Source: a virus
Lineage: Duplodnaviria > Caudoviricetes
DNA length: 64,000 bases
Direction: 5' to 3' (one strand)
IMG/VR virus record: IMGVR_UViG_2832410175_000003
Span: 1 to 64,000 of that record
In this document: one piece after another, positions 1 to 8,697 of the stretch
Layout of the letters: each line of letters begins with the position of its first letter
How positions within the stretch are numbered: position 1 is the first letter of the stretch
Notes under the pieces: generated by a model
What the model was told of the DNA's origin: nothing
What the model saw: the letters and a program-made list of their open reading frames with translations, nothing else
The model's database searches: none
Position numbers and translations under genes: made by a program

Positions 1-342
1 TCATACGGTCTCTACCTCCTGTTCGGTCGTGCCATTTACAATCTTCGACATATCGCAGAGACTGTCGATCATCTTGGACAGCGTGTCCTCGTCTACAGGG
101 TAATTGATGTAGTCAGCCGAAGCCTTAACCATAGCCATGACCCATTCTTTTCTGGTTGCGCCGTCGTCGAACTTCTTCTCTGCCTGTTCCATCAGGGACA
201 TAACGAGGCCGAGCAGGTTCGCCCAGTTCTTTTCCTTGGTCGCGGTCTTAACATACTCCACCAGCTTTACAGCAAGCGGGATGCAGGTTGCCAGACCGGT
301 AAGAATAGCCACAATGAGCTGTACAATCTGATTAGTATCCAT
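1..342 (-). CDS. Phage holin (LL-H-like)
   Basis: 113 aa; N-terminal TM helix followed by AEKKFDDGATRKEWV motif; end of late operon; SD AAGGAGG. Confidence 0.7.
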   Translation of the reverse strand: MDTNQIVQLIVAILTGLATCIPLAVKLVEYVKTATKEKNWANLLGLVMSLMEQAEKKFDDGATRKEWVMAMVKASADYINYPVDEDTLSKMIDSLCDMSKIVNGTTEQEVETV

Positions 343-381
343 AATTGCCTCCTTTCGGGCATAAAATATACTTAAAAGTTA

Positions 382-693
382 TCAGCAGTCGCGGTCGTCG
401 TTCTCATATCCGAAGTCGGTATCTGTATAAGAAACTGGCGGCGCGATCTCAATTTTTTTAATGTTCTCCTTGCCGCTTTTGCTCTGATAGAAGCTGACAC
501 TCGTACCATATGCCGCCCAGACAGCGGAGATAAAGGTCGTCAGATAGGGGAGAGACCCTGTATAGTCCAACTCAATCGCCCGTCCGACAAAACCGAGAAC
601 CCTGTGCGACACATAAGCCACGAGTACGGTCTCAAAGACCAGAATCAGCTTGGAGAACTCGAGCTTACGCTTTTTTCTTCTTTTGCGAGCCAT
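382..693 (-). CDS. Two-TM membrane protein, holin-like
   Basis: Basic N-terminus, EFSKLIL motif, two hydrophobic helices; lies next to the holin. Confidence 0.55.
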   Translation of the reverse strand: MARKRRKKRKLEFSKLILVFETVLVAYVSHRVLGFVGRAIELDYTGSLPYLTTFISAVWAAYGTSVSFYQSKSGKENIKKIEIAPPVSYTDTDFGYENDDRDC

Positions 694-758
694 GACAGCT
701 CCTTTCGCGTTTTATTGAAAATTGGTAAAGAAAAAGCCGGGAAGCCCCGGCTTATCTT

Positions 759-1307
759 TTAAGATGCTGTGCTCATCAGGATAACCACAACAGGGATGTC
801 TACGGTCGGAACAGTGCCATCCGCAGTCATCGTCAGCAAATTTGCAGCCTGACCGGTAGCACGCAGAGATGCTTTCTTAGCAGCTTTCAAAGCGGCCGCC
901 GAGATATTCTGCGTCAGACTGATAACGCCGTTCTGGCTGGCAGCCAATCCTTTAATCGTCAGAGCCTGCGTCTTATTGCTCCAAGCAGCCGCCGACAGGG
1001 TAGTAAACACCGCCTCTGTCTCATAACCGGGGGTGAGGTCAACCCATGCCCCGCCGGTATAACGCCACAGGTGAGCCGTTTCTTTCACGAAGTAGAAACG
1101 CTCCATCGGCGCAAGAATTGCTTGTCGAGCCGACTCGGTAGCTACATCAATGATGTCGGTCAGGTGCTTGCGAACCTTATCCTTGGTGTCGTAGAAGACA
1201 TCGCCGGTGTCTGTGCAGATCAGATAACGTCCCGGCACAATCGGCACAGTGGTTGTATTCTGAGCCTTGCTGAGCACCGTCTCATAGGTTCGGAAGTAAT
1301 AGCCCAT
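759..1307 (-). CDS. Tail-fibre-associated structural protein
   Basis: C-terminal TLSAAAW...GQ...ADGTVPTVDIPVVVIL module shared with 8698..10401 and 10413..10817. Confidence 0.55.
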   Translation of the reverse strand: MGYYFRTYETVLSKAQNTTTVPIVPGRYLICTDTGDVFYDTKDKVRKHLTDIIDVATESARQAILAPMERFYFVKETAHLWRYTGGAWVDLTPGYETEAVFTTLSAAAWSNKTQALTIKGLAASQNGVISLTQNISAAALKAAKKASLRATGQAANLLTMTADGTVPTVDIPVVVILMSTAS

Positions 1308-1372
1308 TTCGCACCCCCTCCTTTATAAAGAATAGCCCCGCGAGAAGCGGGGCGGATAAACAACAGGGGCGA

Positions 1373-2419
1373 TCAGAACGTGCCAACCTCCAGAGCGGTC
1401 TCAACAGCGGCAACACGGCCGTCCATGGTGGTGTTCAGACCATCAGCGTAAGCCTTAGCATTGGTCTCAGCGGTTGTAGCAGAGCCCTTAGCATCGTAGT
1501 TGACAGCCAGACCATCAGCGTAGGTCTTAGCGGAAGCCAGAGCGGTATCAGCGGCACCCTTTGCGTCATAGTTCTTAGCCAGACCATCAGCATAAGCCTT
1601 AGCGTCAGCCAGAGCCTTAGCAACAGAGCCGGCAACGTCAGCGCCGCCGTTCAGAACTCCAACCTTGGACTCAAGGTCAGCAATGCGGGCAACAGCTGCA
1701 GTCAGGTCAGCAGCCTTTGCGTAGTCGCCGATCTTCAGAGCGTCGATAGCTGCGGTAACGTATGCAACAACGGTGGCCGGCTCATCGGTGCCGCCGATAC
1801 CCTTAACGATAGCTTCCAGAGCCTTGATAGCGGAGTTCATGGAAGCAGCGTCGGTCTTGTGGCCGGAAATCCAGTCAGCGATCTCCTTCAGGGTATCAAA
1901 AGAGGAGTCAGCGCCGTCAACGATCTTTGCAACCTCCTCAGCTGCGATTGCGCGAGCAGACTTGGAAGCGTCCTCGCCAACCAGAGTAGAAGCCTGAGCA
2001 GCAGCGTCGTTGATCTTCTTCTTCAGAGCGTCGCCGAGCTCGGTCTCGGTGACCTCGTCCTTCTTAGCCAGTGCGCCCAGAGCGCCGATGCCGCCGGTAA
2101 CAAGGTTGTCAACGTAGTCCTTTACAGCCTTAGCGGTTGCAATCTGCTCGTCAGTTACGCCAGCCTCAATCGTGGTAACGGTCGGCTTGATGACAGTCTT
2201 CCATGCAGAGCCGTCGTAAACCTCACCAAGGCCGGAGGGCAGAATGTACAGAACGCCCTGTGCCGGGGTGGTCTCACGCTCAGGTACAAAGCGTACCGGC
2301 TCGGTGTACAGGTTCTGGCCGAAGTATACCTCATGGGTATCAGTGGTCAGATAGAATGCCTGCTCACGAACTGCAGGCAGGTTTACCTTCTTACCGCAAA
2401 ATACAAGTTTAGTTGCCAT
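1373..2419 (-). CDS. Fibre-like structural protein (Ala-rich coiled coil, AKAYADGL repeats)
   Basis: 348 aa; repeated AKxYADGL; FDTLKEIADWI motif typical of phage fibres. Confidence 0.6.
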   Translation of the reverse strand: MATKLVFCGKKVNLPAVREQAFYLTTDTHEVYFGQNLYTEPVRFVPERETTPAQGVLYILPSGLGEVYDGSAWKTVIKPTVTTIEAGVTDEQIATAKAVKDYVDNLVTGGIGALGALAKKDEVTETELGDALKKKINDAAAQASTLVGEDASKSARAIAAEEVAKIVDGADSSFDTLKEIADWISGHKTDAASMNSAIKALEAIVKGIGGTDEPATVVAYVTAAIDALKIGDYAKAADLTAAVARIADLESKVGVLNGGADVAGSVAKALADAKAYADGLAKNYDAKGAADTALASAKTYADGLAVNYDAKGSATTAETNAKAYADGLNTTMDGRVAAVETALEVGTF

Positions 2420-2518
2420 AGTGTTTTCTTCCTTTCTTGCCGCATTGAGCGGCCATCATGATGTGAAAAGTGTGAAAATATTAGAAAAGGACGCCCGAGA
2501 GCGCCCGAATCTACTTTA

Positions 2519-2992
2519 TTAGAAGCCGTTAACTTCAACCAGATCGTCAGCCGAAGCAATGCCCTGACCGCGTGGAATACCAAGATTCAGAACATAGTTC
2601 GGTGCTACACCGGTAATATCGGCCGTCGCCTGCTCGTCAGGAGCCAGCGTAGTTACCGTGCCGATTGTCAGATAAGCAGCCTGTCCATCTTCGCCGGTCT
2701 CGCCACGAGGAAGACTGATTACCAGATGCGGATTCTCTGCGTCTCCGCTGACGGAAACGGTCGGAGCATCCGTAGGCTCGAGAGCTTTTACCTCGAAGGA
2801 AAGATTTGGCGTTGCGCCGGTCTCTCCCTTTTCACCCTGCGGGATAGAAAACTTCAGCTTTGCTTCATTTGCAGTGCCGACATTTTCAACCAGAGCAGGG
2901 GAGTCTGCAGCCACAGTTTCGGTCGATTCAACCTCAACGGTCGCGGCTTTGCCCTCTGGGCCAACTACTTTACCAAGAATAAGTTTCGCCAT
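2519..2992 (-). CDS. Collagen-like fibre protein
   Basis: Three repeats of L.F.IP.GE.G. Confidence 0.6.
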   Translation of the reverse strand: MAKLILGKVVGPEGKAATVEVESTETVAADSPALVENVGTANEAKLKFSIPQGEKGETGATPNLSFEVKALEPTDAPTVSVSGDAENPHLVISLPRGETGEDGQAAYLTIGTVTTLAPDEQATADITGVAPNYVLNLGIPRGQGIASADDLVEVNGF

Positions 2993-3006
2993 GCGCGTTC
3001 ACCCCC

Positions 3007-3777
3007 TCAAATTTCCGCCACAAGATAACCATCTTCATTGATGGAAAGATTGGGCGCAGCTGTGTTGTCTGCATAATGCAGTTCGAGATATCCGTCAGGA
3101 TTGACTTCAAAGCCGTACAAGCCCTCATGTGCCACAACGTCACCCGGGTCGCCCTTCTCACCTTTAGGAATAGAGAAGTTCAGTGAAATGCTGCCGTCTT
3201 CATCGACAGTCTTTTCAACAGAGGCTTCCTCGTCAGGCTCTACCGATTTGGCCGTCGCGCCCATGTTTTCGATGGCGTTCTTGGCTTTTTCAGCCTCGGC
3301 AGCCGTGTTCTTAACCTTCTCATAGGTCTCGTTTACACGATGCTCAATCTGGGTAAACTCAGATGGAATTTCCGGCCACTGTGCTTCTCCGGCCATCGAC
3401 TTCGGAATACGGATGGTGATGAGATTGGTATGACGAACTTCTTCGCCTTTGACTCCTCGAAGCTGAACAGAGTATTTGCCCGATTCGCCGACCCAGCCGC
3501 GTTCGAGAACCGCGCCGATTAGCTTGGGTTTCTTCTCTGGCTCGCCGTCCTCTTCCGGAAGATCAGCCACAGCCGAAGCAGTATCTTCGATGGGTTCCAT
3601 CAACACGATGTTGAAATTATCGCCGCACTGCACAAGCATGTGCCAGATGTAACCGTCTGGCAGATTGCCCGCCACCAGAAGCGAGCGGGAGAGATGGTCA
3701 TACTGCTGAGCAATCGTTCCAACAGGCTTGTCAAGATACCAATCGTCAAATGTAAATACAGAGGAGTAGTATTCCAT
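3007..3777 (-). CDS. Baseplate-upper (BppU-like) / fibre anchoring protein
   Basis: BppU-like N-terminus, coiled coil, IPKGEKGDPG repeat. Confidence 0.5.
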   Translation of the reverse strand: MEYYSSVFTFDDWYLDKPVGTIAQQYDHLSRSLLVAGNLPDGYIWHMLVQCGDNFNIVLMEPIEDTASAVADLPEEDGEPEKKPKLIGAVLERGWVGESGKYSVQLRGVKGEEVRHTNLITIRIPKSMAGEAQWPEIPSEFTQIEHRVNETYEKVKNTAAEAEKAKNAIENMGATAKSVEPDEEASVEKTVDEDGSISLNFSIPKGEKGDPGDVVAHEGLYGFEVNPDGYLELHYADNTAAPNLSINEDGYLVAEI

Positions 3778-3780
3778 GCG

Positions 3781-4326
3781 TTACGCCTCCTTTCCCGATG
3801 AGTTCGGACATTCCCTTACAATCAGTTCGGTCATCGCTGGCTGAACTACTGAGTGCATATATCCGTTGCCGCCGGCCTCTTCATAATCGCGAAACAACCC
3901 CCAGAAGGCTTCAGCCTCCATCTGTGTCCATGACTTACTGGGGTTGGTTTCTTCGTTTGTGTAGTAACGGTAACTCTGAAGAAGCCTGTCACGGAGCTTG
4001 TTGCACTCGCGGCGTTTATTGGCTTCTTCTACTGAGTCCAGTCTGGCTTGGTAGCGCTCCATTGCTTGGCGGATAGTCTGTATCTCGTTTTCCAGCGTTT
4101 GCTGTATCTTGATGCTCTGGGCGCGGTACTCAGGGTATTTATGCACAGCGTCGAGTGCTTCATTGATTCGCTGGTCGCGGGCTTTTTCAGCCTCGTAGCG
4201 TTCAATGAGAAAATCTCTGACCTTTTTGTAGATCAGATAAAGAAAAACGCCGGCGAGAACTAACTCGACGACGGTAGAAAGGGTGACTTGCCCAAATAGA
4301 TTTATAAAATTATTAAGGCCGGTCAT
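3781..4326 (-). CDS. Lysis-module membrane protein (single TM + coiled coil)
   Basis: TM at ~aa 15-33; C-terminal LRDRLLQSYRYY...YEEAGGNGYMH motif common beside phage holins. Confidence 0.6.
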   Translation of the reverse strand: MTGLNNFINLFGQVTLSTVVELVLAGVFLYLIYKKVRDFLIERYEAEKARDQRINEALDAVHKYPEYRAQSIKIQQTLENEIQTIRQAMERYQARLDSVEEANKRRECNKLRDRLLQSYRYYTNEETNPSKSWTQMEAEAFWGLFRDYEEAGGNGYMHSVVQPAMTELIVRECPNSSGKEA

Positions 4327-4370
4327 TACGCATCACGCTCATGGCGAGCCTCCTTTCTTTGCAAAATTTA

Positions 4371-4399
4371 TTGACGTTAGGTGGATTCTATTGTATAAT
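4371..4399 (+). promoter_or_regulatory. sigma-A promoter of the plus-strand moron
   Basis: TTGACG-17 bp-TATAAT. Confidence 0.8.
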
Positions 4400-4422
4400 T
4401 TATACAATAAAGAAATGAAGGT

Positions 4423-5457
4423 GTGAGACCAGTGACAGAGAACGAAACTCCGCTCAAGTTATGCAGAAAGTGGAGCGAGATGGCTCCCGGCTGCTTCGAC
4501 ACGTTAGACGTGTTGTGCAGAGAGTCTCACGAAGAAATGGGAGTGAGCGATGTGTGCGACCTCCCAATAGGTGCAGCATATGAATATCTGCGAGTGAAGT
4601 GCCATTTGGAAAAAGACGGACGTGCTCGTCTCGCCAGTGAACTTACGGGATTATACATTTGGCGAAAGCATAAGGTTATCTACAACTTCGACCATACTCT
4701 TGCGCAAGAGTTAGTCGCTCAAGCCGATGCCATAACAGAAGATGACAAAATCCCTACAGAAATTCTGCTGAGACCGCCTTATCCGTGTGTGTATATTCAG
4801 ACCGATAAGCCGCTCGCCGGAGATTCACTACCTCTCAAGTTTATGGCTTGGATAGAAGAAGACGCGAATTCTCACGTTAGAGAGTTCCGCGTCCAATCTT
4901 TTTCAGATGACATGGAACACACCAAGACGTTCATGTTAGAGCTGACGAAGCCCACGGTTTATGACTGTATTTATGATACCGTAGCCACAACCGCAAAATA
5001 TCACACTTTTGCCAAATTTCAGTTGAACAACATTCACATTGACGAAAGTGTTCGTGTGGTGCTCCGCGCTATGCAGTTATATCTGTATGTCTGCAGTGAC
5101 CAAGCGGATATCCGAGAAAATCCTAAACAGCAAGGGATTTATCGGCCTCGCCAGCCGGGTCAGCCGATCAAAGATAAATTCCGCGAGATAGACATGAAGG
5201 ACGTCGGTGTTGTAATTGGCCACACGCTGCGCCGCGCCGAACAGGAATCCAGCGCTCCGCAAGCAACCCCTTCGACGGATGAAGCGAAGCAGGGAAATCA
5301 TAAACGCCCGCATACTCGTCGAGGCCATTGGCATCACTATTGGACTGGCCCAAAGAGCGAGCCAGAACAGAGAAAACTGATTCTGAAGTGGACTCACCCG
5401 ATACTCGTCGGCGGTTACACAGATAATGTCGTTACCATGTTCCCGGTAAAGGAGTAA
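4423..5457 (+). CDS. AcrVA2/FinQ-family protein (putative anti-CRISPR)
   Basis: C-terminal RPHTRRGHWHHYWTG...LKWTHPILV signature; WRKHKVIYNFD and PPYPCVYI motifs; true start may be GTG at 4432. Confidence 0.65.
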   Translation: MRPVTENETPLKLCRKWSEMAPGCFDTLDVLCRESHEEMGVSDVCDLPIGAAYEYLRVKCHLEKDGRARLASELTGLYIWRKHKVIYNFDHTLAQELVAQADAITEDDKIPTEILLRPPYPCVYIQTDKPLAGDSLPLKFMAWIEEDANSHVREFRVQSFSDDMEHTKTFMLELTKPTVYDCIYDTVATTAKYHTFAKFQLNNIHIDESVRVVLRAMQLYLYVCSDQADIRENPKQQGIYRPRQPGQPIKDKFREIDMKDVGVVIGHTLRRAEQESSAPQATPSTDEAKQGNHKRPHTRRGHWHHYWTGPKSEPEQRKLILKWTHPILVGGYTDNVVTMFPVKE

Positions 5458-5460
5458 TGT

Positions 5461-5745
5461 ATGAAAAACAGAAGTTCTAACACTGTTGCTGTAATCATGT
5501 GGGTGTATGCAATAGTCAACGCGGTTGTTGGTATTATTTTTGCTTGTTCAATGTATGATACCTATGAAGTCTTGAGCATCTTGTTTATAGCAGTAACTGT
5601 TGTTTTCAGTTTTGGCATCTATGCTGTTGGTGAAATCATCCAACTTTTGCAGGACATCAAAGATAATACCAATGGTGCGATTCAACCTATCACATTATCG
5701 CAAAAGCAGAGCAGCTCGGTAGATGATGATTTGCCTTCGATATAA
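5461..5745 (+). CDS. Small two-TM membrane protein
   Basis: Two hydrophobic helices, GEIIQLLQDIKDN tail. Confidence 0.65.
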   Translation: MKNRSSNTVAVIMWVYAIVNAVVGIIFACSMYDTYEVLSILFIAVTVVFSFGIYAVGEIIQLLQDIKDNTNGAIQPITLSQKQSSSVDDDLPSI

Positions 5746-5766
5746 GCATCACTAGAGGTGAATGAT

Positions 5767-6696
5767 ATGTCTGAAAAATATACGGTTATACAACATGAAA
5801 AGCGTGCGTTCTGGGCGCATGATTGTCCTGTACTACTGCAGGCTCATGCTTTAACAAAGAACAATGTAGACAACAGTATCCTGGTTCAATGCAAATTTGA
5901 AAATCTATCTGAACAGAACATAAAGGCGATGTTTGTTTCCGTCAAGTGTTTTGATGTTCTGAATAGAGAATTAACTGGAGTGGACAAATTTTCTTATCTG
6001 GATATTTCGATACAACCATATACGTTGTTTGGAGACAGGACAGCTATACTACTGCCGGATAATGAAACCAGAAATATTCGCATCACTCCTGAGCAAATAG
6101 TGTTCTCTGACAACACAGTCTGGGAAAACAAATATAGGCAAGCATATGAGTTAGCGAAATATGATCAACTACCAATTTCTTCTTTAGGAGAATTAGCAAG
6201 CCAGTATAGCCGAGATTTAAGTTACATCAGCCCCACACAGCAGCATAACTATTTGCCTTGTCATGAAAATGGATTTGTTATTTGCGGATGTGGAAAAATT
6301 GTTATGAATTCGGTTGCGAATTGCCCCTGCTGCAAGGTTCCCTTGAAAGCATTGTTCGACTTGAATAATGTCAAAAATCTGGAAAAACATCTCTCTGAAT
6401 ACAATGCTGAACTAGAAGATAATTATAAAAAAATTGAGATTCAACGCGCCAAAGAGAAAGCCATACTATCTGAAAAGGCCCGACAAGAGGAACTTCAACA
6501 TCTGCAGAGAAATCCTTTTATAAAACAAAATCCGAGTTCAGATCATACAAAAGTATATAATCTGAAGAAAAAAATCGAGTTAAGTATCTTTGAGAAGGTA
6601 GATAGTAAGATTGAAAAAAATAAAAATGCTGTTCTCATCGTTCTCTTCGTTTTGGTCATATTACTCGCAATCGTGTTACCTCTATATTTGGGGTAG
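5767..6696 (+). CDS. Zn-ribbon membrane-anchored protein
   Basis: CGCG...CPCC motif, coiled coil, C-terminal TM; AT-rich; SD GAGGTG before ATG 5767. Confidence 0.65.
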   Translation: MSEKYTVIQHEKRAFWAHDCPVLLQAHALTKNNVDNSILVQCKFENLSEQNIKAMFVSVKCFDVLNRELTGVDKFSYLDISIQPYTLFGDRTAILLPDNETRNIRITPEQIVFSDNTVWENKYRQAYELAKYDQLPISSLGELASQYSRDLSYISPTQQHNYLPCHENGFVICGCGKIVMNSVANCPCCKVPLKALFDLNNVKNLEKHLSEYNAELEDNYKKIEIQRAKEKAILSEKARQEELQHLQRNPFIKQNPSSDHTKVYNLKKKIELSIFEKVDSKIEKNKNAVLIVLFVLVILLAIVLPLYLG

Positions 6697-6736
6697 TCAA
6701 AAAATGTGGCACTTTTGTCATTCAGAAAAAATAAGA

Positions 6737-6763
6737 AAAGCACCCTTTTATAGGGTGCTTTTT
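6737..6763. terminator. Bidirectional intrinsic terminator
   Basis: AAAAGCACCCT-TTTAT-AGGGTGCTTTTT, T-runs on both strands. Confidence 0.75.
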
Positions 6764-6768
6764 CGCGT

Positions 6769-7065
6769 AAATTATGATTTTGAATACAAATCCTGTTAAA
6801 AGCAAGCCACAAACCGTAACAGGGAGTGTAGGCAGTTACTTTCATTGTTATTGGTATGATGGGATAACTTTTCACGAAGATTCAGGCAATTCAAACATGA
6901 CTGTAGCGGCTAATAGTGTCTTTGTCGTCAGAGATACTGGCAGTAGTATTACTTTTTCCGGAGGGATTGAAGAAGTATATACGGAAGAAAGCAGATTTTC
7001 CAATACTCATATTTGCAAAGTTGCCGGAGATTTCGAGATTACCTAATCGTCCCAAATCATAATTT
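6769..7065. repeat. 12-bp inverted repeats (AAATTATGATTT) bounding a putative invertible segment
   Basis: 6769-6780 and reverse complement at 7054-7065; both contain the ATG start. Confidence 0.7.
6774..7046 (+). CDS. Small 'MIxN' fibre-associated paralog, inverted orientation
   Basis: MILNTNP start like its minus-strand neighbours; no SD in the present orientation. Confidence 0.6.
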   Translation: MILNTNPVKSKPQTVTGSVGSYFHCYWYDGITFHEDSGNSNMTVAANSVFVVRDTGSSITFSGGIEEVYTEESRFSNTHICKVAGDFEIT

Positions 7066-7092
7066 CATTCCTCCTATAATAGCAATCAAGGT

Positions 7093-7158
7093 TTAAGGTG
7101 CAATACCGCCGAGCGTACCGACCAGCGACAGCGCCGCTGTAATCACTTCTGCTGGCAT
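7093..7158 (-). pseudogene. Truncated holin-like remnant (MPAEVITAALSLVGTLGGIAP*)
   Basis: Strong SD AAGGAGG; hydrophobic N-terminus of a clostridial-phage small membrane protein, stops after 21 codons. Confidence 0.5.
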
Positions 7159-7170
7159 AGATGCCTCCTT

Positions 7171-7518
7171 TTAATCGTCCATAATGATTCTAAAATCTTT
7201 TAGAACCTTATAGGTGCCATAATTAGAATACGGCGTACTATCTGCCGAATAACCGGTTTCAGACACTTTTAATAAAGCATCTGTCGGATCTACAATCATT
7301 GGAAATCCTCCGATCGTATCAGGCAATACGATATATGAATTTTTACAAATTCGGGCTTGGGATGCATTAGTCGAACTGATAGCCATAGGTAAAATGATTT
7401 TGAGATTTTCAGATGTTGTAACTTCGCATAAAGCGTAAAAAAGCTGGCTAGTGCCTTTGCATTTTACCGTTTCAATGTTTCGGGAATTGTTTCTATCCTG
7501 CGTGGCGTTCATAATCAT
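7171..7518 (-). CDS. Small 'MIxN' fibre-associated paralog B
   Basis: MIMNATQ start; SD GGAGGTG; beta-rich 115 aa. Confidence 0.65.
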   Translation of the reverse strand: MIMNATQDRNNSRNIETVKCKGTSQLFYALCEVTTSENLKIILPMAISSTNASQARICKNSYIVLPDTIGGFPMIVDPTDALLKVSETGYSADSTPYSNYGTYKVLKDFRIIMDD

Positions 7519-7889
7519 GCCGCCACCTCCGTTACGAGATGGTTACATCCTCCGCAGGCATGACAAACCAATAATGGCGTCTCCCATTTGGAAATGTTAT
7601 TCCCTGTACTTTGCCTTCCCCCATAGGAATCATTGTCCCAGATGCGGTTTTTACAAAACTTTCTCCAAAATCGAACATGAACTTGTCGTCGGTCCCCATT
7701 CCAACGATTTGTCCTGCTTCTGCATACTCCGAATTGAACCAAACCAGTACGTTTTGATTTAATATATGGTACTTCTTCTGCCCTCCGGCAGTCCGATTGA
7801 GTATCATGCCGCACCGCCTTTTGTGCAATGCGACGAAGCAGCGTTAGGAGCTGCCCCCCCCCGGATTTTAGTATGCTAAAGTTGTGCAT
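7515..7889 (-). CDS. Poly-G leader ORF (frame set by G9 tract at 7854-7862)
   Basis: SD AAGGAGG; MHNFSILKSGGG...; its TGA overlaps the ATG of 7171..7518. Confidence 0.45.
   Translation of the reverse strand: MHNFSILKSGGGQLLTLLRRIAQKAVRHDTQSDCRRAEEVPYIKSKRTGLVQFGVCRSRTNRWNGDRRQVHVRFWRKFCKNRIWDNDSYGGRQSTGNNISKWETPLLVCHACGGCNHLVTEVAA
7532..7807 (-). CDS. Small 'MIxN' fibre-associated paralog A
   Basis: MILNRTAGG start at 7807 after SD AAGGCGGTG; C-terminal FVMPAEDVTI resembles a beta-repeat (InlB B-repeat-like) strand. Confidence 0.65.
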   Translation of the reverse strand: MILNRTAGGQKKYHILNQNVLVWFNSEYAEAGQIVGMGTDDKFMFDFGESFVKTASGTMIPMGEGKVQGITFPNGRRHYWFVMPAEDVTIS

Positions 7890-7899
7890 ATTATCCTCC

Positions 7900-8247
7900 T
7901 TACTGTTTCACAGCGTTTGCCTGTAACCATTTGAGCAGGTCGCCAGTGGGCGGCTCAAGGAATGTGATTGTACGAAGTGAATCAGATAACCAACCTGTAA
8001 AGTAAACAAGCATACAGTCCCCAGCGGAATATACGATATCGTCAGCATGGTTAAAGCCTATATACGCTATGCTATGTCCCGTCTTTCCACCAGCATAAAG
8101 AAAAATTCTGTCGGATTCTTTGGTTACACCATTGTACTCATATGTGAATTTGATACTCACATCAAGATTCGTAGTTGTTGGAGTGCTGTTAATAATCCAC
8201 ATATTTTCAGGATTATTTGTCCGCTTCCTCGGTAAATTATAAATCAT
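7900..8247 (-). CDS. Small 'MIxN' fibre-associated paralog
   Basis: MIYNLPRK start; C-terminal RTITFLEPPTGDLLKWLQANAVKQ. Confidence 0.7.
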   Translation of the reverse strand: MIYNLPRKRTNNPENMWIINSTPTTTNLDVSIKFTYEYNGVTKESDRIFLYAGGKTGHSIAYIGFNHADDIVYSAGDCMLVYFTGWLSDSLRTITFLEPPTGDLLKWLQANAVKQ

Positions 8248-8645
8248 CGCCGCACCTCCAATCCAATCAGCTCTGCAACGTATTCCAGCTCGCCAATCTC
8301 TGCATCATAGAACGCCTTGTTCCAAATCCAGAAATCCGCGTATTCCTTGCGCTTGAATTTTGCGCAGAGCTTGTCTGCCCAAACCTTGTCCCAGCGCTTC
8401 TGGTAATCGCCGTCGCGTTTCGCAAGCCTGCGTTTGATGTCGCCAATCAGCTTGCCGCGCAGTAAACCCTTGCCGTCATCGTCTCGTGCAAAGTGGCAGA
8501 GCGCGTTCTCACTGGCTGCAAAGCAAAGCGGCTTGCCCTCGTAGAAAATAATGCCCTCTGATTCCCAACAGGGAAGAGTAGCTTTCAAGTTCACAGGACC
8601 ACAGAGGGCAGCGTCCTTGAACCGTTTGTATACGATATATCGCAT
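8244..8645 (-). CDS. Conserved phage protein of fibre/DGR-type loci
   Basis: 133 aa, RWDKVWAD...FWIWNKAFYDA; ATGA overlap with the next gene. Confidence 0.65.
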   Translation of the reverse strand: MRYIVYKRFKDAALCGPVNLKATLPCWESEGIIFYEGKPLCFAASENALCHFARDDDGKGLLRGKLIGDIKRRLAKRDGDYQKRWDKVWADKLCAKFKRKEYADFWIWNKAFYDAEIGELEYVAELIGLEVRR

Positions 8646-8697
8646 GAAAAACCTCTTTTACGCCCGTTTTCGCGGGCGTTGTTTGTTTAATTAAAGA

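Noticed and set aside
1-4326. Endolysin in the lysis module
   Set aside because: No amidase, glycosidase or peptidase motif among these ORFs; it probably lies beyond the window edge.
4313-4342. 9-codon uORF (MSVMRNDRP) with a strong SD overlapping the start of 3781..4326
   Set aside because: Could be regulatory or a small indel, but a single instance cannot be told from chance.
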